NCBI GenBank assembly: GCA_035996225.1
Contig: DASYJS010000370.1
Location: 3,917-67,916 of the forward strand
Source: Mycobacterium sp.
GTDB taxonomy: Bacteria > Actinomycetota > Actinomycetes > Mycobacteriales > Mycobacteriaceae
Direction of reading: 5' to 3'
DNA: 64,000 nucleotides
This document shows positions 55,985 to 64,000 of this stretch, piece after piece (within the stretch, counting starts at the first letter, position 1; each line of letters begins with the position of its first letter). The notes below the pieces were generated by a model. That model did not search any database. It saw only the letters and a program-made list of their open reading frames with translations, and was not told where the DNA came from. The translations under genes were made by a program, and so were the position numbers.

Positions 55985-56824
55985 CTACTTCAGACAGCTG
56001 CCCGCATCGATGGGCAGTGTCACGCCGGTGATGTAGCGCGCCTCGTCGGAGACGAAGAACAGCACCGCATTGCTGATGTCGATGGGGTCGACCCACGGAA
56101 TCGGCAGCGTGTGGAACATCTGACAGATCGGCGCCATGTCGTCGGGCCCGGGATTTTCCAGGTCTGGACGGAACATCTTCCACGTGCCCTCATTCATGAT
56201 CATCCCGGTGCTCACATGGGTGGGATGCACGGAGTTGACCCGAATCATGTGCTGTCCCAGTTCGACGGCGAAGGAGCGCATAATGCCCACCACGCCGTGC
56301 TTAGCGGCGACGTAGTTGCCGCAGTGAGGGTAGGCCTTGAGGCCGCCGACCGAGCTGGTCAATACAATCGAACCGCCGTTGCCACCCGCAATCAAATGCG
56401 GCACACCGGCTTTCACTGACTTCCACACACCCGACAGGTTGATATCAATCATTTCCTGCCAGTCGTGTTCACTGCATTGGTCCAGAGTGTCGCCACCGTT
56501 GCCGATGCCGGCGTTGGCCACGATGATGTCCAGCCGGCCCAACTGCTCCACACCGGTATCCACCGCGGCCTTCATCGCGTCGTAATCGCGCACGTCGACC
56601 TCGGCCGTGAAGATTCTGCGGTTGTGACTCTTGACGAGATCGGCGGTCTCCGCCAGATCCTCGGGCGTTGCCGCCGGGATGGTGGTGTTCTCCACAATGG
56701 GCTTGCAGACGTCAATCGCGATGATGTCGGCGCCCTCTTGCGCCAACCGCACCGCGTGGCTGCGGCCCTGACCAAGCGCCGCTCCGGTGACGAAAGCAAC
56801 TTTGCCTTCAACACGTCCCGTCAT
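55985..56824 (-). CDS. Mycofactocin-coupled SDR-family oxidoreductase (carveol dehydrogenase-like)
   Basis: MTGRVEGKVAFVTGAALGQGRSHAVRLAQEGADIIAIDVC, YVAAKHG, and the characteristic long insert. ATG at 56824 with GAGG upstream. Confidence 0.83.
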   Translation of the reverse strand: MTGRVEGKVAFVTGAALGQGRSHAVRLAQEGADIIAIDVCKPIVENTTIPAATPEDLAETADLVKSHNRRIFTAEVDVRDYDAMKAAVDTGVEQLGRLDIIVANAGIGNGGDTLDQCSEHDWQEMIDINLSGVWKSVKAGVPHLIAGGNGGSIVLTSSVGGLKAYPHCGNYVAAKHGVVGIMRSFAVELGQHMIRVNSVHPTHVSTGMIMNEGTWKMFRPDLENPGPDDMAPICQMFHTLPIPWVDPIDISNAVLFFVSDEARYITGVTLPIDAGSCLK

Positions 56825-57016
56825 CACTACCTCAATTCCCGATCTGATCCAACCGGCATGTCTCAGCGGAGAACGGCCGGCATCGTGTCTCTCGCAGGAA
56901 CCGCGTGCGCCCCGTTCCCGGGGGAGCGGGGAGGGTGCCGCCACTGAACTCTGTCATCACCCGCCAACGAGTGTCAACGACGAATCCGTTTCGGCTATTT
57001 GCAATTCTATATATTA

Positions 57017-57031
57017 GAGAATCTGATTCTC
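57017..57031. promoter_or_regulatory. Palindromic operator candidate GAGAATCtGATTCTC (site 3 of 4)
   Basis: Perfect 7-1-7 palindrome between the TetR stop (57110) and the SDR start (56824). Confidence 0.45.
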
Positions 57032-57109
57032 AACAGGCAAATCACGTGCGCTATTTGCTCACGTTGGGGGCGAAGCGAAAGGACCGCTCGGGCTTGCCGC
57101 TGATGCGTG

Positions 57110-57847
57110 CTAGCCGACGAATCCGGATGAGCAGAAGTCCCACACCTCGTCGGCGCTGATCGGGTGGATCGTCGCGTCGTCGTTGCCGCCGCTGGACTGC
57201 GCAATGAACATGACCGTCTGCATCGTCATGGCGGCTATCCGGCGTGGATTGAGTCCGGCGCGCAACTTGCCTGCGTCGCAGGCAGCTTCCATGAGCTCGG
57301 TCAGCAACGCCACCAGCGGCGCGTGTGCGATCTTGACCTCGACCGGATGCGTCACCAGCAACCGTGGCGCAAAATCGGTGAACAGCGGGCGCTTGGCCTC
57401 GGGATCCGGACGCGACGCCTCATACAGCAGCTCGACGGCGACCTTCAGCCGCTCGAGCGGATCAGATTGGTTTTCGGTGGCGGCACGGATCTGCTCGGCC
57501 GACCGGCTCAGCGCGTCTTCGAACAACGCAAGCAGCAGCTCGTGCTTACCGTCAAACTGCAGGTAGAAGCTCCGCAGCGACTGACGGGACCGGTCCACGA
57601 CCTCCTGGACGGTAAAGTCCGTGGTGCCTTTTTCGATGATGATGGCCTGCGCCGCGTCAAGGAAGCGCTGAACGCGCTGCGCCGCACGCAGTTTCGCGGT
57701 CTTGATGGATCGCTCGACGGCGCGCTGCTTCCAAGCCGGCTCTTCGATTGGACTGGTCACATACGGCTCGGACGATTGTCGCGAGGGGAGAACATGATTG
57801 GACTCTACCGGAGAACGCCGTGACATCGCTGCGCTCGACCCCCTCAC
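57110..57847 (-). CDS. TetR-family transcriptional regulator (candidate regulator of the GAGAAT palindrome)
   Basis: FLDAAQAIIIEKGTTDFTVQEVVDRSRQSLRSFYLQFDGKHELL HTH. Start uncertain (57847 GTG or 57826 ATG). Confidence 0.85.
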   Translation of the reverse strand: MRGSSAAMSRRSPVESNHVLPSRQSSEPYVTSPIEEPAWKQRAVERSIKTAKLRAAQRVQRFLDAAQAIIIEKGTTDFTVQEVVDRSRQSLRSFYLQFDGKHELLLALFEDALSRSAEQIRAATENQSDPLERLKVAVELLYEASRPDPEAKRPLFTDFAPRLLVTHPVEVKIAHAPLVALLTELMEAACDAGKLRAGLNPRRIAAMTMQTVMFIAQSSGGNDDATIHPISADEVWDFCSSGFVG

Positions 57848-57882
57848 GGACCATGTGTCGGAGATTGTAACTTGCTCGCTAC

Positions 57883-57897
57883 GAGAATACTATTCTC
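57883..57897. promoter_or_regulatory. Palindromic operator candidate GAGAATAcTATTCTC (site 4 of 4)
   Basis: Perfect palindrome, identical to site 1. Lies 36 nt upstream of the TetR ORF start and 106 nt upstream of the divergent ACAD gene. Confidence 0.5.
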
Positions 57898-58002
57898 CTA
57901 CACGTGTGTATAGAAGCAGAATTGCAAGAGTGAACCGCGCGGTCGGCGGAAACCCGCATCTACTGAAGGTCCACGAGCGCTAGCGAATTGCAGGGGAGTG
58001 CT

Positions 58003-59190
58003 GTGCAGCTGACCTTTGACGCCGACGTCGAGGAGTTCCGCGCGGAATTCGCGGCTTTCCTCGATGCGAATCTTCCCGACGCGGCGGTGACGGGTGAGCG
58101 GCCGCGGTCGAGTTCGGACATTCCGGAGTGGGCCCGCAGCTGGCAACGGCTCCTGTTCGACAGCGGGTGGCTGCTGCCCGGAAATCCGCCGGAGTTCGGT
58201 GGACGTAACGCCACGCTGTTGCAGCAATACGTGTACCTCGAAGAGTTATCGCGGCACCGGATCTATCAAAGTTTCAATCCGCAGGGCGTGGGCATCATCG
58301 CCGCGTCGCTGCTGTCGTTCGGCACGCCGGAGCAGAAGCGGCGATGGGCGGTGCCGATTCTGCGCGCGGAGATGACTGCGTCGCTGGGTATGAGCGAACC
58401 CGGTGCGGGCTCGGATCTCGCCTCACTGAAGACACGCGCGGTACTCTCGTCTGATTCAGAAGGCGATCACTTCGTCGTCAACGGGCAGAAGGTGTGGACA
58501 TCGGGTGCTCATCACGCCGATGTGTTGTTGACGTTCGTGCGTACCGATCCCGAAGCACCAAAACACAAGGGCATCAGCGCCTTACTGATTCCGACAGACA
58601 CGCCCGGTGTGGTCCGACGTCCGTTCGCGTCGGTGTCCGACATCGAAGACGTCGACTTCAATGAGGTCTTTTTCACCGACGCGCGGGTGCCGGCCGAGAA
58701 CTTGGTGGGGGAGCTCAACGCGGGATGGCGAGTCGCGACCGGTTCGCTCGGCCACGAACGCGCCATGCTGTGGCTTGATTACGCCGACATGCTGCACGCG
58801 CTGAGCGCCGAGTCCAGCCCATCGGGACCCGTGCAACGCGATCGCTACGCCACGCTGGTGATGGATTGTCACGCGTTGCGGCTAATGGGGTCGGCGACTT
58901 TGGCCAAAGCCGCGCGCGGTGAAGAGGACGTCCCCGCCCAGTCAGTGCTCAAGCTGCTCGGTTCGGAGGCAATGCAACGCGCCTGTGAGGACGCGCTCAA
59001 TGCCAAGGGCGGCGACGGACTCGTGTTGCGCGGGGTCACCGCGCCGTTCGCCCCGCTCAATCTGGACAGCCACTACGGCAGCTGGTTTGACCGGTACACG
59101 CGCACCTTCGCGGCGACCATCGCCGGCGGGACTTCCGAAATTCAGCGCAACATCATTGCCGAACGAGTCCTTGGACTGCCCCGCGGTTAG
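58003..59190 (+). CDS. Acyl-CoA dehydrogenase
   Basis: LGMSEPGAGSDLASL, NGQKVWTSG, GGTSEIQRNIIA. GTG at 58003 after GGGGAG. Confidence 0.88.
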   Translation: MQLTFDADVEEFRAEFAAFLDANLPDAAVTGERPRSSSDIPEWARSWQRLLFDSGWLLPGNPPEFGGRNATLLQQYVYLEELSRHRIYQSFNPQGVGIIAASLLSFGTPEQKRRWAVPILRAEMTASLGMSEPGAGSDLASLKTRAVLSSDSEGDHFVVNGQKVWTSGAHHADVLLTFVRTDPEAPKHKGISALLIPTDTPGVVRRPFASVSDIEDVDFNEVFFTDARVPAENLVGELNAGWRVATGSLGHERAMLWLDYADMLHALSAESSPSGPVQRDRYATLVMDCHALRLMGSATLAKAARGEEDVPAQSVLKLLGSEAMQRACEDALNAKGGDGLVLRGVTAPFAPLNLDSHYGSWFDRYTRTFAATIAGGTSEIQRNIIAERVLGLPRG

Positions 59191-59197
59191 CGGACAG

Positions 59198-59512
59198 TCA
59201 GCAGTTGTTGGTGGCGGGATTGTCCAAGCACCGCTGCAAACGGCCCGGATCCTGGGAGTCCAGCCGGGCGTAGTAGCTGATGGCGACGAGCCCTGCCACA
59301 ATCGCCACTGCCCCTAACACCATGCCGGCTATAGCGGCCCGGGGGTTTGTCGCTTCACCGCGACTGGCTCGCCGCCGCGCGATATCACCGGCCAACAGCG
59401 CCGCGATACCGAGAGGCACTCCGATCAACAGCCAGCAGGTGGCCAGTGCCAACCCGCCCAGGATCACTGAGATGACGCCGGCCTGATTTCGAGGTTCGCC
59501 GGGGGAGTACAT
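59198..59512 (-). CDS. Small membrane protein (DUF4190-like)
   Basis: 104 aa, two TM segments (VISVILGGLALATCWLLIGVPLGIAALLAG; IAGMVLGAVAIVAGLVAI). Confidence 0.68.
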   Translation of the reverse strand: MYSPGEPRNQAGVISVILGGLALATCWLLIGVPLGIAALLAGDIARRRASRGEATNPRAAIAGMVLGAVAIVAGLVAISYYARLDSQDPGRLQRCLDNPATNNC

Positions 59513-59567
59513 GTGCCCCCATTCTAGGGACTGTGAGCCTGCGCACGACCCCCGGGCGCCCGATCCG

Positions 59568-60410
59568 TTACAGCTGCGCCAGCCGTGGCGCAGATCCCTT
59601 GGCCCGCAACACTGCTCCGGCCTCCCCGGTCAATTCCCGTGTGCTGCCGAGCAGGGTGTCCAGAATCAGCGACCGTTTGATGTGGCAATGCAGCGGGTGT
59701 TCGGCCGTGAAGCCGATGCCGCCCAGCACCTGCTGGCAGTGGCGTGCCGTGGTCAGCGCCGCCTGGCCGGCCGCCGCTTTGGCCAGCAGGCTGGCCAGGT
59801 CATCCGGATCGTCGGATGCCGAGGCGGCGACCTGCAGGGTCGCCTCGGCGCCCTCGATCGCGACCAGTGCCTCGGCCAGTCGGTGCCGGATCGCCTGAAA
59901 CGAACTGATGTGGCGGCCGAACTGGACACGATCCAGGGCATGCTGGCGCGCCAGTGCAAGCATTGCGCGGCTGGCGCCGACCAGCCACCAGCCCAGGGCC
60001 CGCCGCCCGGCAGCAAGCCCGGCTTGCGGAACTGGGTTTCCTTCTGCCACACGATGTATCGGCAGCTCACCGTCGAGCGCTGAACTGGAAGCGTCGTTGC
60101 GCTCCCACACCACCCAGGAGCCTCCCGCGAACGGCAGTGGGGTGGTACCGCCCGGTGCCGCTCCGGTCGCGTGCAGCACGACATCGTTGAGCACGGGGGC
60201 GTGCGTGCCGGTCTCGCCGAGCAGTCGAAACACCAAAGGAATTGCGAAATCAGGTATTTCGTCCAGCATGTCGAGCCAGCCGAGGTCCGTCAACGCCGCA
60301 TCGAGCTTAGGGCCCGAGGCCAGGGAAGGATCGGTCATTGCGGTGCGTACCGACTCGGTCAGCAGCTGCAGTTCCTCGGAGTCTGCGGCTGCGTTTGTTG
60401 AAAGATCCAC
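59568..60410 (-). CDS. Acyl-CoA dehydrogenase-like 'beta'-type subunit
   Basis: C-terminal ACAD helices (FGRHISSFQAIRHRLAE, QQVLGGIGFT) without the N-terminal FAD/acyl motif. GTG at 60410, 4 nt after the upstream TAA. Confidence 0.75.
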   Translation of the reverse strand: MDLSTNAAADSEELQLLTESVRTAMTDPSLASGPKLDAALTDLGWLDMLDEIPDFAIPLVFRLLGETGTHAPVLNDVVLHATGAAPGGTTPLPFAGGSWVVWERNDASSSALDGELPIHRVAEGNPVPQAGLAAGRRALGWWLVGASRAMLALARQHALDRVQFGRHISSFQAIRHRLAEALVAIEGAEATLQVAASASDDPDDLASLLAKAAAGQAALTTARHCQQVLGGIGFTAEHPLHCHIKRSLILDTLLGSTRELTGEAGAVLRAKGSAPRLAQL

Positions 60411-60414
60411 GGCT

Positions 60415-61518
60415 TTAGTCCTTCCCGAGGTCGAGTAGCCGGCGAGCGATGATGTTGCGCTGAATCTCGGCGGTGCCACCGTAAATGGTCGACGCGCGCG
60501 AGTACAGGTACTCCGAACGCCACGGTGTGTCGTCGAGCTCGAGGACGCCGGGCAGCAGATCGCGGACGGTGTCGTAAAGCCGCTGCTCGGCCGAGGCCAG
60601 CAGCACCTTGTCAACGGAGGTGTCAGGGCCGAGCCGTGCTCCGTCGCGCAGCCGGTATTGGGTGGCGCGGGACCGGCAGCGCAGCGTGTGCAGCGCGAGA
60701 TAGGCTGTGCCAAGCTCGAATTCGCTATGAACGTCGGTTTGGACACCGGATGCCTCTGCGATGAGCTCGTCGAATCGGGAGTAGAGGTAGGCGATCCGCT
60801 GCCAAAAGCAGGTGGACCGCTCGTAGGGGAGCAGGTCCATCGCCAGCCGCCAGCCGTCCCCCGGTTGGCCGAGCATCCGGCTGCTCGGGATCACCACATC
60901 GTCGAAGTACACCTCGCAGAACTCGTCGACCCCGTGCATGGTGCGAAGCGGCCGAACGGTGATTCCCGGGGTGTCGAGGTCGACAAAGAATGCGGTGATT
61001 CCGTCATGACCGGGCGCGGTGCGGGTGAGCAGGACGCAGCGGGTCGAGAACTGCGCGAAGCTGGTCCAGACCTTCTGCCCGTTGACGACCCAGTTGTCAC
61101 CTTGCTGCGCGGCGCGGGTGGCCAGCGATGCCAGGTCACTGCCGGAGCCCGGCTCGGAAAAGCCTTGGCACCATTGCTCTTGGCCGCTCAGCAGTCGCGG
61201 CACCATTTCGGCGGCCAGTTCTGCCGGGGCGTAATCGATCATCGTGGGTGCAAGCACCTCGAGCATCGAGTACGGGCCCGGCTCGGCGAGGCGGCGACCG
61301 ACGACCTCTTCGCCGACGATCGCGCGAAGCAGCGCGGGCCCACCCAATCCGCCGACTTCTTTCGCCCAGCCGTACCGCATCCAATCGGCGTCATACAGGG
61401 CCCGGCTGACGCGGGCGAATTGCTGCATATGACCCTGCAGCGAGTGGTCGGGTCCGGGCGTTAAGTCGTTCTCGTCGAGCCACTTACGCAGACCCGCCCG
61501 GAACTCCTCGACATTCAC
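60415..61518 (-). CDS. Acyl-CoA dehydrogenase 'alpha'-type subunit
   Basis: WCQGFSEPGSGSDLASL, NGQKVWTSF, GGTAEIQRNIIA. Confidence 0.88.
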   Translation of the reverse strand: MNVEEFRAGLRKWLDENDLTPGPDHSLQGHMQQFARVSRALYDADWMRYGWAKEVGGLGGPALLRAIVGEEVVGRRLAEPGPYSMLEVLAPTMIDYAPAELAAEMVPRLLSGQEQWCQGFSEPGSGSDLASLATRAAQQGDNWVVNGQKVWTSFAQFSTRCVLLTRTAPGHDGITAFFVDLDTPGITVRPLRTMHGVDEFCEVYFDDVVIPSSRMLGQPGDGWRLAMDLLPYERSTCFWQRIAYLYSRFDELIAEASGVQTDVHSEFELGTAYLALHTLRCRSRATQYRLRDGARLGPDTSVDKVLLASAEQRLYDTVRDLLPGVLELDDTPWRSEYLYSRASTIYGGTAEIQRNIIARRLLDLGKD

Positions 61519-61964
61519 GGGGTGGGACGGCCGATGGCGTGCGGGCGCCCCGAGTCGTGCACCCCGCTACGGCGAATGAACGTCATCGCACGGGTCTTCA
61601 GCCGCCATCCGTCGGCGGTCCGGGAGTAGGTGTCGCGGTAGTAGCCGATCCGCATGTCGTGAGTGGAGCCGTCGATAAAGCAGAGCGGTTGCGTACCGCT
61701 TGCCGAATCGCCGTCGATGTCTTCGACCAGGGCAGTTCCGGTGAGGAACAAGCCCTTTGGTGCGGCCGCGACCAGTTCCGGGAACCGGTCCAACTTGTAC
61801 GTGGAGCCAAATGCACTGTAGGTCCCGTCGGGTGTGAACACACCGATGAGACCGCCGATGTCTTCCTGGGTGATGGTGACGGCGTAGCGGGCGAGCAACT
61901 GCTGAATCTCGACCAGATCGTCAGTTCTGGTTGGGCCGCTCTTAGACTGATCGGGTGTCGACAT
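61515..61964 (-). CDS. SnoaL-like / NTF2-fold protein
   Basis: DLVEIQQLLARYAVTITQEDIGGLIGVFTPDGTY is typical SnoaL_4. 4-nt overlap with the ACAD gene. Confidence 0.8.
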   Translation of the reverse strand: MSTPDQSKSGPTRTDDLVEIQQLLARYAVTITQEDIGGLIGVFTPDGTYSAFGSTYKLDRFPELVAAAPKGLFLTGTALVEDIDGDSASGTQPLCFIDGSTHDMRIGYYRDTYSRTADGWRLKTRAMTFIRRSGVHDSGRPHAIGRPTP

Positions 61965-63168
61965 AGACCTTGCCGCCTTTCATGACAAAGCTCACGTGTT
62001 GGGTAACGGTGATGTCTTCCAACGGGTTTCCCGGTACCGCGATGATATCGGCGAGTTGTCCCTGTGCGAGCCGCCCCCGGTCGGTCGAGTTGATGAGCTC
62101 AGCCGCGGTCACCGTGGCCGCCCGCAGCACGGCCAACGGCGGCATGCCCCAGTCGACCAGGGTGACAAGCTCGTCGGCGTTGCGCCCGTGCGGTATTGCG
62201 GGTGCGTCGGTGCCGACCGCGATCTTCACGCCGGCTTTGTAAGCGGCCAGTATCGAGGTGCGTGACTTCGGGAACATCTCGGCGGCCTTGGCTTGGAGTT
62301 CGGGTGCAGCGTGCGAAACATCCATTGCCTCTGCAAGGCGTCGGGTGCTCACCAGGAAGGTGCCGTGCTCCACCATCATCGCGATCGCGTCGTCATCGAC
62401 CAGGAAACCGTGCTCGATGCAATCGATGCCGGCCTCGACGGCATGCTTGACCGCCTCGGCGCCGTGCGTGTGCGCGGCGACGCGCAGCCCGCGCCGGTGC
62501 GCCTCGTCGACGATCGCGCGTAGCTCTTCGTCCGAATAGTGTTGTGCACCAGGCGGACCGGTCAGTGACATCACTCCACCCGAGCAGCAGACCTTGATCA
62601 GCTCAGCGCCATGTTTGATCTGGTATCGCACCGCCTTGCGGATCTCGTCGACTCCGTTGGCGATGCCTTCCTCGACCGTCAGGTCCAGCGCATGCGGCGC
62701 GAACGCCGCGAACATTGTCGGGTCCAGGTGGCCGCCGGTGGGCGTGATGGCGTGGCCGGCCGGCACCACTCGCGGCCCGTCGATCCAGCCGGCGTCAATA
62801 GCCTTGCCCAGCGCGACGTCCAACAGGTAGCCGCCCGTCTTGACGAACAGGCCGAGATTGCGCACCGTGGTGAATCCAGCGCGCAGCGTGCGACGGGCAT
62901 TGCCGACCGCGCGCAGCACCCGGGTCGGCGGATCATCTTGAACCTGGGACAGCCCGGGCTTCTCCCCGCGCCCGCCCATCAGGAGGTTGACCTCCATGTC
63001 CATCAGCCCCGGCAGCAGGATCGCGTCGCCGAGATCGATCACGTCACTCTCGGAACCGTTACCGTCACCGACACCGACGATCCGGTCGTTCTCGATCCGC
63101 AGAATGCCGGGCCGAACGATCTCGCCGGCGTCGATGTCGAGCAGCCCGGCGGCCTTGAGCGTCAGCAC
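61942..63168 (-). CDS. Amidohydrolase-superfamily protein with a substituted HxH motif
   Basis: LLPGLMDMEVNL sits where LLPGLID.HVHL is expected. The other ligands are present (KVCCSGG, AAHTHG, CIEHG, VGTDA). Confidence 0.85.
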   Translation of the reverse strand: MLTLKAAGLLDIDAGEIVRPGILRIENDRIVGVGDGNGSESDVIDLGDAILLPGLMDMEVNLLMGGRGEKPGLSQVQDDPPTRVLRAVGNARRTLRAGFTTVRNLGLFVKTGGYLLDVALGKAIDAGWIDGPRVVPAGHAITPTGGHLDPTMFAAFAPHALDLTVEEGIANGVDEIRKAVRYQIKHGAELIKVCCSGGVMSLTGPPGAQHYSDEELRAIVDEAHRRGLRVAAHTHGAEAVKHAVEAGIDCIEHGFLVDDDAIAMMVEHGTFLVSTRRLAEAMDVSHAAPELQAKAAEMFPKSRTSILAAYKAGVKIAVGTDAPAIPHGRNADELVTLVDWGMPPLAVLRAATVTAAELINSTDRGRLAQGQLADIIAVPGNPLEDITVTQHVSFVMKGGKVYVDTRSV

Positions 63169-63205
63169 AGCGATGAGCCGGGCGGGCGAAGAGCCGAGAG
63201 CACCG

Positions 63206-63529
63206 TTAGATCACCGGCTCGCGGATCAGCTCCACCCAGGCCGCGCCGCTGTCGGGTACACGCGGCTGCTTCCAGGCCTCGATCGGAAACGACACCATGA
63301 CCAATGACTGCATGATGTGCATCAGGGTACGTGCGTCCTCGGGCAGATCGTCCAGCGGGAACTTGTCGCAGTACTCGATCGCATCGTTCAGTCGGGGAAA
63401 AGCGACGTCGTAGAACTCCTGCATCTCGCGCATCGTCGAGGCCAGCCGCTTGGCGTAGCGTTCGGGTTCGGTGGCCAGGTCCCAAGCCGAATAGGGCTCC
63501 AGGTCGGCGAATTCAGTGGGAAGCGCCAT
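63206..63529 (-). CDS. Hypothetical protein (107 aa) translationally coupled to the Rieske oxygenase gene
   Basis: 17-nt overlap with the upstream gene's 3' end. Acidic, no motif recognised. Confidence 0.6.
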   Translation of the reverse strand: MALPTEFADLEPYSAWDLATEPERYAKRLASTMREMQEFYDVAFPRLNDAIEYCDKFPLDDLPEDARTLMHIMQSLVMVSFPIEAWKQPRVPDSGAAWVELIREPVI

Positions 63530-64000
63530 TGTTGGCGTACTCCTTCACGTAATCGTTGGTCACCTTGTGCAGATGACGCAGCATGATCTCCTGATCGCAG
63601 AGCGGGAAGTCGTTGACCACCCGGGTGCCGATCATGGTCTGCGTCGCCTCGAGGGTGTTGGCGTCCTGCAGCGCGTACTCCTTAAACGTCACCGCCGCCA
63701 ACTCCTGGGCCAACCGTTCCCGCGCGTTTTTCGGCGGCACGAAGTACAGCGTGCATTCGAAGATGTGCTTGTCGACGGCGGTCGGCCAGTAGTGATAGGT
63801 CAGGTACCAGCCGGGCTCCCAAATCAGCAGCATGAAGTTCGGGTAGAAGTGCCACTCGTCGATGCCCCACTGCGGCACCTTCTTCGGGTTGATGCCCGGA
63901 GGAAGTTCAGCGAGCTTCTCCATGATCTCCGGCTTGTCCCAGGGGCCGAACAGCCCGCTGCGCAGCACCTGGTCCATGGGCTTGACCATGCTCATGTCCA
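63513..64000 (-). CDS. Partial CDS: C-terminal catalytic domain of an aromatic ring-hydroxylating (Rieske) oxygenase alpha subunit; 5' part lies outside the window
   Basis: WHFYPNFMLLIW, YHYWPTAVDKHIFECTLYF, YALQDANTLEATQ are typical of the RHO alpha C-terminal domain. The reading frame stays open to the window edge. Confidence 0.75.
   Translation of the reverse strand, partial: DMSMVKPMDQVLRSGLFGPWDKPEIMEKLAELPPGINPKKVPQWGIDEWHFYPNFMLLIWEPGWYLTYHYWPTAVDKHIFECTLYFVPPKNARERLAQELAAVTFKEYALQDANTLEATQTMIGTRVVNDFPLCDQEIMLRHLHKVTNDYVKEYANNGASH

Overview
High-GC (about 65-68% by eye) actinobacterial chromosome, almost certainly a non-tuberculous Mycobacterium. From memory, gene order follows the M. 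tuberculosis H37Rv Rv0822c-Rv0846c segment: dus, desA1, TetR, Rv0826-like, kmtR, deaminase, Rv0830-like methyltransferase, Rv0831c-like, tRNA Lys/Glu/Asp/Phe, lpqR, Rv0839-like, pip, Rv0843-like, narL/narS, mmcO. I call about 66 protein genes and 4 tRNAs. I saw no transposase, integrase, CRISPR array, rRNA or recognisable defence genes. Two accessory catabolic blocks appear to interrupt the conserved backbone. Block 1 (about 12.0-23.0 kb, plus an orphan meaB at 24.1 kb) holds a split B12 acyl-CoA mutase, an F420/LLM oxidoreductase, a CoA-transferase, an amidohydrolase, a 2Fe-2S ferredoxin, an acyl-CoA synthetase, a heteromeric ACAD pair and a crotonase. Block 2 (28.0-39.6 kb) is an IclR-controlled mhpC-mhpA-mhpB aromatic meta-cleavage core embedded among KstD-like flavoproteins, an LLM monooxygenase, an SDR, a cyclase and a second C-C hydrolase. 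Downstream of mmcO lies a further accessory region. It contains an ECF sigma factor with an NTF2-like tail, and a tightly coupled operon of TetR, ferredoxin, P450, amidohydrolase, two M24 proteins and a tandem-fused CoA-transferase. It also contains an OhrR-like regulator, a TetR/SDR/ACAD locus, and a minus-strand operon of Rieske oxygenase, amidohydrolase, SnoaL and an ACAD pair that runs off the window. The observations most worth follow-up are these. (1) A 67-codon ORF that is about one third histidine sits directly downstream of the Ni/Co sensor kmtR. (2) A 15-bp palindrome GAGAATAnTATTCTC recurs four times in promoter regions spread over 40 kb, linking the mutase/beta-oxidation block to a distal TetR. 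(3) A 24-bp KstR2-like palindrome occurs twice. (4) An M24 pair has one subunit that has lost most metal ligands. (5) A single-chain double family-III CoA-transferase has an Asp/Glu active-site asymmetry. (6) A twin-hairpin REP-like element is present in two near-identical copies. All functional calls rest on motif recognition by eye and remembered family knowledge. No searches were run.
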